From: Clostridiaceae bacterium
GTDB taxonomy: Bacteria; Bacillota; Clostridia; Oscillospirales; QAMX01
Length of the DNA stretch: 64,000 nt
Reading direction: 5' to 3'
Assembly (NCBI GenBank): GCA_034926225.1
Contig: JAYFRF010000006.1
Coordinates: 42,501 to 106,500, forward strand
Part shown: one piece after another, positions 47,347 to 56,511 of the stretch
How the letters are laid out: every line of letters begins with the position of its first letter
Numbering within the stretch: the stretch's first letter is position 1
Position numbers and translations under genes: made by a program
Notes under the pieces: generated by a model
What the model saw: only the letters and a program-made list of their open reading frames with translations
The model's database searches: none
What the model was told of the DNA's origin: nothing

Positions 47347-48126
47347 ATGGCGCGTTTAGACGCGGAACTGGTCGCACGGGGGCTTGTCTCGGGGCGCGAC
47401 CGGGCGGCGGAGCTGATACGGGACGGTCGGGTCACGGTGAACGGTGTGACAGCGGCGAAGCCCGCGATGCCGGTCGGCGAGAGCGATGTGCTCTATGCGG
47501 CGGACGCGCCGTACGTCGGACGCGGGGGCTTAAAGCTTGCGCATGCGCTGCGGGCGTTTTCGCTGGAGGTACGCGGACTTGTCGCGGTCGATCTGGGCGC
47601 AAGCACCGGGGGCTTTACGGACTGTCTTTTGCAAAACGGCGCCGCACATGTGTATGCGATCGACGTAGGACACGGGCAGCTGGACCAGAAGCTTCTCGCG
47701 GACGCGCGTGTGACGTCCCTCGAGGGTGTGAACGCGCGGACGGTGACGCGGGCGACGATCGGGGGTGTGACGCCCGATCTCGCGGTCGCGGACTTAAGCT
47801 TTATTTCGCTCCGGGTCATTTTTCCGGTAATCGCGGGGCTGCTCGGCGAGCGGGGGTACGCGGTGGCGCTGATCAAACCGCAGTTTGAGGCAGGGCGCGC
47901 CGCAATCGGAAAAAACGGCGTGGTGCGCGACCGTGTGGAGCATGTACGGGTCCTGCGCGAGCTGGAGGAAGCGGCGCAGGCCGCGGGGCTTTGGGTACGC
48001 GGCATCTGCGTATCGCCGATCCGCGGCGGAGAGGGCAATATAGAGTATCTCGCGCTGTATACAAAGGGCAAGAATTCCGGGATCCGGCAGGATTACGCCG
48101 CGGTAACGGGTACAAAACAAGGGTAA
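47347..48126 (+). CDS. tlyA: TlyA family rRNA 2'-O-methyltransferase
   Basis: RLD S4 domain, YVGRGGLKL, DLGASTGGFTD, LIKPQFE, GNIEY. Confidence 0.95.
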   Translation: MARLDAELVARGLVSGRDRAAELIRDGRVTVNGVTAAKPAMPVGESDVLYAADAPYVGRGGLKLAHALRAFSLEVRGLVAVDLGASTGGFTDCLLQNGAAHVYAIDVGHGQLDQKLLADARVTSLEGVNARTVTRATIGGVTPDLAVADLSFISLRVIFPVIAGLLGERGYAVALIKPQFEAGRAAIGKNGVVRDRVEHVRVLRELEEAAQAAGLWVRGICVSPIRGGEGNIEYLALYTKGKNSGIRQDYAAVTGTKQG

Positions 48127-48138
48127 TGGGGGACAACC

Positions 48139-48996
48139 GTGAGGCAGGAAAGACATCCGGCGATCCGCACGGCAGCGTTGTTTTATAACCGCCGCCGTCC
48201 GGAAGCGTTTGCGAAGACGCTGGACGCGGCACAGCTTTTGCATGAAGCGGGCGTATCGGTACGGATATACGCGCCGGATGAGCACGAGCTGCCGGGCTAT
48301 ATTACGCGCATGGGGCCCGCGGAGGCGCTAAACGACGCGCAGCTGGCGGTCGTCGTGGGCGGCGACGGTTCGATTTTGCGGGTAGCCGCGCATGCCGCGC
48401 TGCGATCGATACCGATTATAGGCGTGAATATGGGGCATTTAGGCTTCATGTCGGAGCTTGAGCCGGACGAGCTTGCAATGTTGCGGACCGTGCTTGCCGG
48501 GCGGTACACATTGGAGCGGCGGATGATGCTGCGGGTGCAGACGATCCGCGGCGGGGTGACGTATCCGCGGGGGCATGTATTAAACGACGCGGTGGTTGCG
48601 CGCGGCACGGTGGCGCGGATTCTCGACCTGACGGTTGCGGCAGACGGCGCGGAGGTCGGCGCGTACCGTGCGGACGGGGTCATCGCGGCGACGCCGACGG
48701 GATCGACAGCGTATTCACTCGCGGCGGGCGGGCCGATCATCGAGCCGGCGGCGCGCAACATCATCATCACGCCGGTTTGCGCGCACGCGCTTTACGCACG
48801 TAGCTTTGTTTTGGCGCCGGCGCGTCGGGTATCAATCACGGCGGCGTCGGACGCGGTTCTGACGCTGGACGGGCGGGACGGGGTGATGATCTCGCCGGGG
48901 GAGACGGTAGTGGTCACGCGTTCCCCGTACACGACGGATTTGGTTCGAATAAAAAACCGCAGCGTATTTGACGTTTTACACACGAAGCTTTCATGA
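48139..48996 (+). CDS. nadK: NAD(+) kinase
   Basis: GGDGS, GHLGF, LND, DG...TPTGSTAYSLAAGGP. Confidence 0.95.
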   Translation: MRQERHPAIRTAALFYNRRRPEAFAKTLDAAQLLHEAGVSVRIYAPDEHELPGYITRMGPAEALNDAQLAVVVGGDGSILRVAAHAALRSIPIIGVNMGHLGFMSELEPDELAMLRTVLAGRYTLERRMMLRVQTIRGGVTYPRGHVLNDAVVARGTVARILDLTVAADGAEVGAYRADGVIAATPTGSTAYSLAAGGPIIEPAARNIIITPVCAHALYARSFVLAPARRVSITAASDAVLTLDGRDGVMISPGETVVVTRSPYTTDLVRIKNRSVFDVLHTKLS

Positions 48997-49011
48997 AAGG
49001 TGCGTATTCCG

Positions 49012-49464
49012 ATGAAATTTCAGCGACAGACGAAGATCCTCGAATTAATCGAGAAAGAGCCGCTCGAGACACAGGAGGAGCTTTCCGCGCGGCTTCGCGA
49101 CGCGGGCTTTGACACGACGCAGGCGACGGTATCACGCGATATCAAGGAACTGCGCCTGATCAAGGTCATGACCGCCGACGGCACATACCGCTACGCGACA
49201 GCGGCGTCGGAGCAGGAGGGCGGGATGCAGACGCGCGTCCGGCGCATTTTCCGTGAAAGCGTCACGAGCGTCGCGGTCGCACAGAACATGGTCGTCATCA
49301 AGACGCTGCCGGGGCTCGCGAGCGCGGCGGCCTATGCGATCGACGCGATGCGGGAGCCGACGGTGATCGGAACGCTTGCCGGGGACGACACCGTGTTTTG
49401 CGTGATGCGTGACAACGAAGCCGCCGTCGAGTTCCGGGAGGACGCGCTCAAGCTCCTTGCGTAA
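49012..49464 (+). CDS. argR: Arginine repressor
   Basis: TQEEL, TQATVSRDIKEL, KTLPG, GTLAGDDT. Confidence 0.96.
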   Translation: MKFQRQTKILELIEKEPLETQEELSARLRDAGFDTTQATVSRDIKELRLIKVMTADGTYRYATAASEQEGGMQTRVRRIFRESVTSVAVAQNMVVIKTLPGLASAAAYAIDAMREPTVIGTLAGDDTVFCVMRDNEAAVEFREDALKLLA

Positions 49465-49534
49465 CGCTATTTCCCCCCCCTTTGCCTTCGGATCGCCGCG
49501 CCCAACGCGGGTGCTTCCGCGGCGCTAAAAGACG

Positions 49535-49575
49535 AAAGGAGCCTCCCACAGCTTTGGTGGGAAGCTCCTTTTTTC
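49535..49575. terminator. Bidirectional terminator
   Basis: AAAGGAGCCTCCCAC...GTGGGAAGCTCCTTTTTT. Confidence 0.8.
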
Positions 49576-49591
49576 ATGCCTTATCCGACGG

Positions 49592-50023
49592 TTAGGCTTG
49601 CGGGTTCACTTCATGCATTGTTTGGGGGACGAATTCGGGAGAAGTGCATTCGGCGTCCGGTTCGGTGGAGCCGGGTTCGGCATCCGGTACGGCTTCTTCA
49701 CCGGGTTCTTCCTTGCAGTCGCCTTCTTGGCATGGCGCGTCGGTTTTCGGTTCGTCGGCTTTCGGTTGGTCGTCGTAGTCCTCGCAGACACAGCAGTCTT
49801 CACCATCACCGTCGCGGTCGCTCATGTCACAGCAGAGCTTGATGGTGATGTCCTTCTTCTTTAAGAGAAAGTAGCCGGCAACCGCAACGGCGGCAACGGC
49901 GGCACAGGCCACGCCTACGGCGATGTACTTCTTCTTGTGCGAGGCTGCGGCGGGGACTGCCGCTTTGATGCAGGGGAGCTTGACTTGATTAAGGGCGTCG
50001 GCGAAATTTTTGGGTTTCATCAT
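49592..50023 (-). CDS. Hypothetical single-TM protein with acidic Cys/Pro-rich tail
   Basis: AAGGAG RBS; basic-TM-basic segment then acidic low-complexity region. Confidence 0.65.
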   Translation of the reverse strand: MMKPKNFADALNQVKLPCIKAAVPAAASHKKKYIAVGVACAAVAAVAVAGYFLLKKKDITIKLCCDMSDRDGDGEDCCVCEDYDDQPKADEPKTDAPCQEGDCKEEPGEEAVPDAEPGSTEPDAECTSPEFVPQTMHEVNPQA

Positions 50024-50183
50024 TGGTACTCCTTTCACAAAGGCGTGACTTGTGGTTGTCGTAATTCCAGAATTCTTCATTTATGTTTATTATAGCGTTT
50101 TCGGGTGGTAAAGTCAATACACAAAGTGTTAACAGTGGCCGCGGTATAAGGAGACTGCCGTATGGGGAAAGCGTCCCCTCGGT

Positions 50184-51191
50184 TTACCAAACCCGGGCGG
50201 CGTCCCCCTGCGCGAAGAGGTCGGGGCAGCGCGGCAGCTTTTCCTTGAGCGGATTTGTCAGCCGGTCGAGCGCGGCGACGGCGTCGTCGGGCAGCGCAAA
50301 CGACGCGGCGCGGGCATTGCGTTCCACCTGTAGGGCGTTGCGGCAGCCGACCATCGCGCTCGCGACGCCGTCGCGGGCAAGGGTCCAGGAGAGGGCGACG
50401 GTGGCGGCGTCGGTTCCGAGGGATGCGGCGATGTCGCCGATACCCCGCACGACGGCCATGGTTTCCTCCTCGAAGCCTTGTCCGCCGTGACGCGCCTGCG
50501 GATTTTTGGTCGCGTCGAAGTGGACGCTGCGGCGGCGCGGCTCGGGGATTTCCTCGACAGTCTTATACTTGCCGGTGAGGATACCCTGCATCAGCGGCAT
50601 GTACGCGGTCACGCCGATTTTCTGCTCACGGCATGCGGGCAGGATCTCGTATTCGACGGCGCGGGTGATGAGGTTATAGGCAAGCTCGTCGGCGACGATG
50701 CGGATGCCGAGCGATTTTGCGATGGCAAGGGTCTCCACACCGAAGTTCGAGACGCCGAACGCGCGGAACATGCCCTTTTTGCGCAGTTCCTCCAGCGTCA
50801 GCAAATTATCGATCAGCAGCTCTTTATCCTTCGTTGGCCAATGGATCATTAAAATATCGATATAGTCGGTGCCGAGGCGCTTAAGGCCCGCGCCGATGAA
50901 GTCCTCCGCATGAGGGAGGTCCTCGCGCTTCATGATGGGCGTCTTGTCGCAGATAACGGCACGCCCGCGTTTGCCCCGCAGGGCGTGACCCAGGGCGCGT
51001 TCGCTCTCACCTGCGTTATAACCGAAGGCGGTATCGAAGAAGTTCACGCCCATATCGAGCGCGGCATCCGCCAGACGGTCTACGTCATCCTGCGCTTGAG
51101 CGCCCCAGTAGCTGTCCTCTCCCCCGCCGAAGCTCCAACAGCCGACGCAAATGCGGCTGACCTCAATATCTCCCAAAAATGCGGTTTTCAT
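50184..51191 (-). CDS. Aldo/keto reductase
   Basis: NFFDTAFGY, LGTDYIDILMIHWP, GVSNF, PLMQGILTGKY. Confidence 0.93.
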   Translation of the reverse strand: MKTAFLGDIEVSRICVGCWSFGGGEDSYWGAQAQDDVDRLADAALDMGVNFFDTAFGYNAGESERALGHALRGKRGRAVICDKTPIMKREDLPHAEDFIGAGLKRLGTDYIDILMIHWPTKDKELLIDNLLTLEELRKKGMFRAFGVSNFGVETLAIAKSLGIRIVADELAYNLITRAVEYEILPACREQKIGVTAYMPLMQGILTGKYKTVEEIPEPRRRSVHFDATKNPQARHGGQGFEEETMAVVRGIGDIAASLGTDAATVALSWTLARDGVASAMVGCRNALQVERNARAASFALPDDAVAALDRLTNPLKEKLPRCPDLFAQGDAARVW

Positions 51192-51366
51192 ACGCGGCCT
51201 TTGCCCCTTTCTTCCTTATAGGTTTAGTATACCACCCTCCTATCTGATTGTCAACGCGCCGCGACTCGTTTTTGCACATATTGTACCATTTTAGTGTCCC
51301 CGCTGTCTCTCAGATTCGGTCGAATATGTGTTGACATTCCCCTGTTTTTCGGGTATAATCAATATT

Positions 51367-51510
51367 GCCATAAAGAGTGCGTGAGAGACAAGCTCGTTGA
51401 CCGCACAGCAACCTGGCCGTTTTATAAAAAGCGGAAAAGGTGCTAAAGCTTGACCGATGGGGAAATACCGGAAGTATGGACGCACCCATCACGAATGGGC
51501 GCGTTTTTTA
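51367..51510 (+). promoter_or_regulatory. SAM-I (S-box) riboswitch lacking P4, with terminator
   Basis: CCATAAAGAG...CAGCAACC...AAGGTGCTAAAGCTTG...ATGG; promoter TTGACA-17-TATAAT (51331/51354); terminator ACGCACCCAT...ATGGGCGCGTTTTTT; upstream of metK. Confidence 0.85.
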
Positions 51511-51557
51511 TATGCGGATTGCCCCGAAACGACTATTTATTTGAAAGGACCCTCCCT

Positions 51558-52733
51558 ATGAAACGTCTGTTTACCTCCGAATCCGTGACCGAGGGGCATC
51601 CCGATAAGGTTTGCGACCAGATCGCCGACGGCGTGCTTGACGCGCTGCTTGCGCAGGACCCGCAGTCCCGCGTAGCCTGCGAGGTGGCCGCTGCGACGGG
51701 CATGATCCTCGTCATGGGCGAAATCTCCACGAACGCGTATGTCGATATCCCCGCCATCGTGCGCCGCACCATCCGCGGCATCGGCTACGACAACGCCGAC
51801 TACGGTCTTGACTACCGCACCTGCGCCGTGCTGACGGCGATCGACGAGCAGTCTCCGGATATCGCGCTGGGCGTCGATCAAGCGCTGGAATATAAGACGG
51901 CGGGGCACGACCCGGCCGACCTCCTCGGCGCGGGCGATCAGGGCATGATGTTCGGCTACGCCTGCGACGACACGCCGGAGCTGTTTCCCGCACCCATCGC
52001 GTACGCCCATCGCCTTTCGCGTAAGCTCGCCGAGGTGCGCAAAAGCGGCGCCCTCCCCTACCTGCGTCCCGACGGAAAGACGCAGATCACCTTTGCCTAC
52101 GACGACACGGGGTGTCCCGTGTATATCGATACGGTGGTCCTCTCAACACAGCACGCGCCGGACGTCGCCATGGATAAACTGCGCGCCGAGGTGCTGGAGA
52201 CGGTCATCCACGCAGGCCTTCCGGTAAACCTGCTGCGTCCCGACACGAAATATTATATCAACCCCACCGGACGCTTCGTTCTGGGCGGCCCTGCTGCCGA
52301 TACCGGGCTGACGGGCCGGAAGATCATCTGCGACACGTACGGCGGCATGGCGCGTCACGGTGGCGGCGCGTTTTCAGGGAAGGATCCGACGAAGGTGGAC
52401 CGCTCGGCGGCGTATATGGCACGGTTCACCGCAAAAAACGTCGTCGCGGCGGGACTCGCGCACCGCTGTGAGATCGGTGTGGCCTATGCCATCGGTGTCG
52501 CGAAGCCGGTTTCGATCTACGCGGACACCTTCGGTACGGGCAGGCTTGCGGACACGCGCATCGCGGACATCGTGGCGGAGGCGTTCGATTTCCGGCCGGC
52601 GAAGATCCTCGAGCGCTTCGCCCTACGCCGTCCGCTGTACCAGCAAACCGCCGCCTACGGCCACTTCGGCCGCACGGACATCGACCTGCCCTGGGAACGC
52701 CTCGACGACGCGTTTATAACGCAGAAGTTCTAA
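51558..52733 (+). CDS. metK: S-adenosylmethionine synthetase
   Basis: [35 protein letters not shown]. Confidence 0.98.
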   Translation: MKRLFTSESVTEGHPDKVCDQIADGVLDALLAQDPQSRVACEVAAATGMILVMGEISTNAYVDIPAIVRRTIRGIGYDNADYGLDYRTCAVLTAIDEQSPDIALGVDQALEYKTAGHDPADLLGAGDQGMMFGYACDDTPELFPAPIAYAHRLSRKLAEVRKSGALPYLRPDGKTQITFAYDDTGCPVYIDTVVLSTQHAPDVAMDKLRAEVLETVIHAGLPVNLLRPDTKYYINPTGRFVLGGPAADTGLTGRKIICDTYGGMARHGGGAFSGKDPTKVDRSAAYMARFTAKNVVAAGLAHRCEIGVAYAIGVAKPVSIYADTFGTGRLADTRIADIVAEAFDFRPAKILERFALRRPLYQQTAAYGHFGRTDIDLPWERLDDAFITQKF

Positions 52734-53603
52734 ATGGTAACGAAAAAGCAATGGATCGCGAACGGATTGCTGCTGTTAACAGCGGCAATCTGGGGCTTTG
52801 CCTTCGTATCGCAAAAGGTAGGCGCGGAACATGTCGGTGCATTCACCTATAACGGTGTGCGTTTTACGCTGGGCGGCCTTGTGTTATGGCCGGTGATCGT
52901 CGTGCTGGACCGCAAATCGCCCCCGATGGCCGAGGTCCGGCGCCAGACGCTGCGTACCGGGCTTGTCGCCGGTCTGATACTCTGCACGGCGGCATCCCTC
53001 CAGCAGATCGGTGTCGCTTATACAACAGCGGGCAAGGCGGGCTTTTTAACGGGTCTGTACGTGGTTTTAGTGCCGGTTTTCGGCTTTCTGTTCCTACGCC
53101 AGCGCGTGAAGGCCCCCGTCATCGCCGGCATGCTGCTCGCGGCGGGCGGCATCTACCTTTTAAGCGTGACGGAAGCCTTCACCATCGGACGCGGCGACCT
53201 GCTCGTGCTGCTCGCCGCCGTCCTATGGGCGGTACATATCCTCTACATCGATCACTATGCCGACCGCATCCACGCGCTACGGATGTCGTCGATCCAGTTC
53301 CTCGTCACGGGGCTCCTAAGCCTCCTGATCGCCCTGATCACGGAGCCGTTCTCCGCCGCCGCGTTCCTGTCGGCTCTCCCTGCGATCCTCTACGGCGGAC
53401 TTTTCTCCGTGGGCGTCGGCTATACACTGCAGGTGATCGCCCAGAAAAACGCCAAGCCCGCCCACGCTGCGATTCTCCTAAGCATGGAGTCCGTCTTCGG
53501 CGCCTTGGGCGGCGCGCTGCTCCTGCAAGAGCGCATGGGCGTGCGCGGGGCTGTCGGCTGCGCGCTGGTGTTCATAGCGATCCTTCTTTCGCAAAAACAA
53601 TAA
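52734..53603 (+). CDS. DMT/EamA family transporter
   Basis: AAIWGFAFVSQK, GKAGFLTGLY, GDLL, AILLSMESVF; 10 TM. Confidence 0.92.
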   Translation: MVTKKQWIANGLLLLTAAIWGFAFVSQKVGAEHVGAFTYNGVRFTLGGLVLWPVIVVLDRKSPPMAEVRRQTLRTGLVAGLILCTAASLQQIGVAYTTAGKAGFLTGLYVVLVPVFGFLFLRQRVKAPVIAGMLLAAGGIYLLSVTEAFTIGRGDLLVLLAAVLWAVHILYIDHYADRIHALRMSSIQFLVTGLLSLLIALITEPFSAAAFLSALPAILYGGLFSVGVGYTLQVIAQKNAKPAHAAILLSMESVFGALGGALLLQERMGVRGAVGCALVFIAILLSQKQ

Positions 53604-53613
53604 ATTCTGCTAA

Positions 53614-53970
53614 CTCATACCTTGCAGGGGGCGCTTCCCGCCCCCCTGCACCCTCCGGGCTACTTTCTTTGCACCGGCAAAGAAAGTAACAAAGAAAGCC
53701 GTCTTAAGGGGACTAAAGTCCCCTTAAGTATCCCTCCGGGACGAGCGGCGACTTCGCGCCGCTTATACGAAATAGAGCAGCTGATTACCAAAAGCATCTT
53801 TGTGATGCGTAGCAGTAATCAGCTGCTCTTCTTCGTCTAAGAAACGCCCGCAGGCGTTTCTCCCCCGTCCCCAAAAGGTGCTTTCTTGTCCAGTATTCTT
53901 TCTGCCGCAGAAAGAATACTGGCGCGGGGTGGTCCGGAGGGGCCGAGAAGGCCCCTCCGGAAGGTAACAG
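53614..53970. repeat. Composite palindromic multi-hairpin element, copy C (core type II)
   Basis: Left arm as in copy A; core GAGCAGCTGATTAC...GTAATCAGCTGCTC; reverse-complement relative of copy D. Confidence 0.9.
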
Positions 53971-53997
53971 CCAGAAGAAAGTACCAGCCACAAGGGA

Positions 53998-55284
53998 TCA
54001 AACCCTCATGACTCTGCCTTCCTCCATGCTTTGATCGGCGCGAAAAACGCAAAGATGCCCGTTGACGGAGTCGTCGATCGTCGTGCAGGAAATGGACGGC
54101 GTGCCACCGGTGATGAACTCGACAAAATCCGCCACAAGCCGCCCGTCACCGCCCGCGTGCCCGCCGAGCTGACCGGAGGTGTCGCCGTTGACGTTTAAGT
54201 CAACGACCTCTTCGCGGTACTCTGCATTGGAATGCGGGTCGAGCGTGCGGAAGATGAATTTGGAGTCGTCGACACGTCCGACAATCTCGCCTCGGGTGCC
54301 GGAGATATGGATGGTACGCTGCGGCGTCGGGGTGCCGCCAAGCAGGTTGTGCGACGCGATTGCGCCGGAGGCAAATTTGATGATGACCGTCTGGTTGTCC
54401 ACCAGCTCGCAGTCCATCTTGTACGCGCAGCGCCCGAAGTCCGAGTCGCCACGCAGCAGGGCTTCCTTTTGCTCTATTGTCGGGTGCTCGATGCCCTCGA
54501 GATCCTTCCAGACGTAGAACGACCAGCGATCTGGATGGTCTAAATACTGCTTACGCGCGGAGAAGGGGCAATCGTGTTCGATCTCCGGCGGGCAGTCCAC
54601 AAGACACCGCGTGCCGGAGCCCGCAGGCGCGTTCTCCGGACGGAACTGCTGCATCCCGCCGAAGCTTGCGACGCTTTCGGGCTTGTCACCCGACAGCATC
54701 CACATGATCAGGTCGATGTCGTGGCAGCACTTCGCGAGCAGCAGCGAATGATGCCCCGTGAGACGTTCGTTGCGCCATTTGCCGCGCACAAACGCCACCA
54801 GCATATGATGGTGCGAAACGTGCTCCGTCGTCTCGATGGCCATGATCTTCCCGATTTGCGGCAGGCGCTTCTTGATTTCGACATAGAACGGCGCGTACCG
54901 CAGCACATGGCAGATCATCACTTTGCGGTTATACTGCTTCGCCGCGTTAACAAGCTCCCGCATCTCGTCCTCGTGAATCGCAAAAGGCTTCTCGAGAAGC
55001 ATGTCGTATCCCGCTTTCAGCAGCGGGATCGCTGTGGAGACGTGCTGATGGTCCATCGTGCCGTTGATCACGGCGTCCGCAAACTTCGGCGCGGCGGCAA
55101 GCGCGTCTGCGGATTCAAAACATCTGTCTTCCGGCAGGTCGAAAAGCTTCCTGCACATTTCGCGTCGCAGGGGGTCGGGGTCGGCAACTCCGACGATGCG
55201 CAGCTTGTCGGGTGCGGTCTTCGCGTACATTCCGTAGATGATCGCGCGATGCCCCGCGCCGACGATAATCGCTGTAACCGGCAT
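53998..55284 (-). CDS. Gfo/Idh/MocA family oxidoreductase
   Basis: IVGAGHR, LLEKPF, CHVLRY, KCCHDID; AAGGAGG RBS before 55284. Confidence 0.92.
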   Translation of the reverse strand: MPVTAIIVGAGHRAIIYGMYAKTAPDKLRIVGVADPDPLRREMCRKLFDLPEDRCFESADALAAAPKFADAVINGTMDHQHVSTAIPLLKAGYDMLLEKPFAIHEDEMRELVNAAKQYNRKVMICHVLRYAPFYVEIKKRLPQIGKIMAIETTEHVSHHHMLVAFVRGKWRNERLTGHHSLLLAKCCHDIDLIMWMLSGDKPESVASFGGMQQFRPENAPAGSGTRCLVDCPPEIEHDCPFSARKQYLDHPDRWSFYVWKDLEGIEHPTIEQKEALLRGDSDFGRCAYKMDCELVDNQTVIIKFASGAIASHNLLGGTPTPQRTIHISGTRGEIVGRVDDSKFIFRTLDPHSNAEYREEVVDLNVNGDTSGQLGGHAGGDGRLVADFVEFITGGTPSISCTTIDDSVNGHLCVFRADQSMEEGRVMRV

Positions 55285-55330
55285 GGGCTGATCCTCCTTT
55301 GTCATGGGGTTATTCTATAAAATAGTGATA

Positions 55331-56470
55331 TTACTCAAAGAGCTTACCGGCGATATACGTCGCGGAAATCTCCCAGTCAGACGAGAAGACGAGGATGTCC
55401 GCGAACTTGCCGACCTCCAGTGTGCCGACGTCCGCGTCCGCGCGAATCTCTTTGGCGGGGTTGATCGTGCAGGATTTCATGACCTGACGGAGCGGGATGC
55501 CGAACGACAGCAGATTCTTGAATTCGACATAGATGTTCGCGGTGGAGGCCGCAATCGCGCCGTCGGGCATGAACGCCTTGCCGTCGCGGACGTAAACGGG
55601 CTGGCCGCCGAGATCATACGTGCCGTCCGGGCATCCGGCGGCTTTCAGGGAGTCCGAAACGACGACGGAGCGATCCTCACCGAGGACGCGGAACGCGGTA
55701 CGCAGAACGGCGGGATGGATGTGGAAGCCGTCGCAGATCAGCTCGGCGCGCACGGACGGGGTGTCGAAGATCGCACCGACAGCGCCCGGCTTACGGTGCG
55801 CAAGGCCGTTCATCTGGTTAAAGAGGTGCGTGGCGTGGGTGATGCCGACCTCGAAGGCGTGGACGGCCTGCTCATAGGTCGCGTCGGAGTGCGCGAGGGA
55901 TACGGTGCAGTGCGGGGCAACGGCGCGGATGAACTCGTCGGAGCCTTCGACCTCCGGGGCGATGTCGATCTCGCGGATGAGACCGCCCGCGATCTCGTTT
56001 AACGCGAAGAATTCCGCAGCATCCGGGCGGCGGATGTTCGTCGCGGCCTGCGCGCCCTTCTTCGACTCGGCGATGAACGGACCTTCCATGTTGATGCCAC
56101 GGATCACCGCGCCGGACAGTCCTTTTTCGGCGCAGGCGCGGACGTTTTTGAAGATTTTAATCAGTTCCTCATGCGAAACGGTCATTGACGAGGGGCAAAA
56201 CGACGTCACGCCGTGCGCGGCGAGGTAGCGGGACATGGTTTCGAGCGCCTCCGGCGTCGCGTCGCCGGTATCTCCGCCGTTACATCCGTGGATATGGCTG
56301 TCGACAAAGCCCGGATGCAGAATTTTGCCGGTGCAGTCGATCACTTCCTGCCCGTCGCGGCAAATGGTTCCGTACGGGGCAATTTTCGCGATGCGGCCGT
56401 CCGAGACGAGAATTTCCGCGTCGACAATGTCAAAATCGCGGTTGACAATTCTTCCATTGGTGAAAATCAT
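55331..56470 (-). CDS. nagA: N-acetylglucosamine-6-phosphate deacetylase
   Basis: PGFVDSHIHG, EGPF, AHSDA, THLFNQM, ICDGFHIHP. Confidence 0.95.
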   Translation of the reverse strand: MIFTNGRIVNRDFDIVDAEILVSDGRIAKIAPYGTICRDGQEVIDCTGKILHPGFVDSHIHGCNGGDTGDATPEALETMSRYLAAHGVTSFCPSSMTVSHEELIKIFKNVRACAEKGLSGAVIRGINMEGPFIAESKKGAQAATNIRRPDAAEFFALNEIAGGLIREIDIAPEVEGSDEFIRAVAPHCTVSLAHSDATYEQAVHAFEVGITHATHLFNQMNGLAHRKPGAVGAIFDTPSVRAELICDGFHIHPAVLRTAFRVLGEDRSVVVSDSLKAAGCPDGTYDLGGQPVYVRDGKAFMPDGAIAASTANIYVEFKNLLSFGIPLRQVMKSCTINPAKEIRADADVGTLEVGKFADILVFSSDWEISATYIAGKLFE

Positions 56471-56511
56471 GGTGCATTTCTCCTTAGTATATAGCAATCT
56501 TTCGGTTACGC

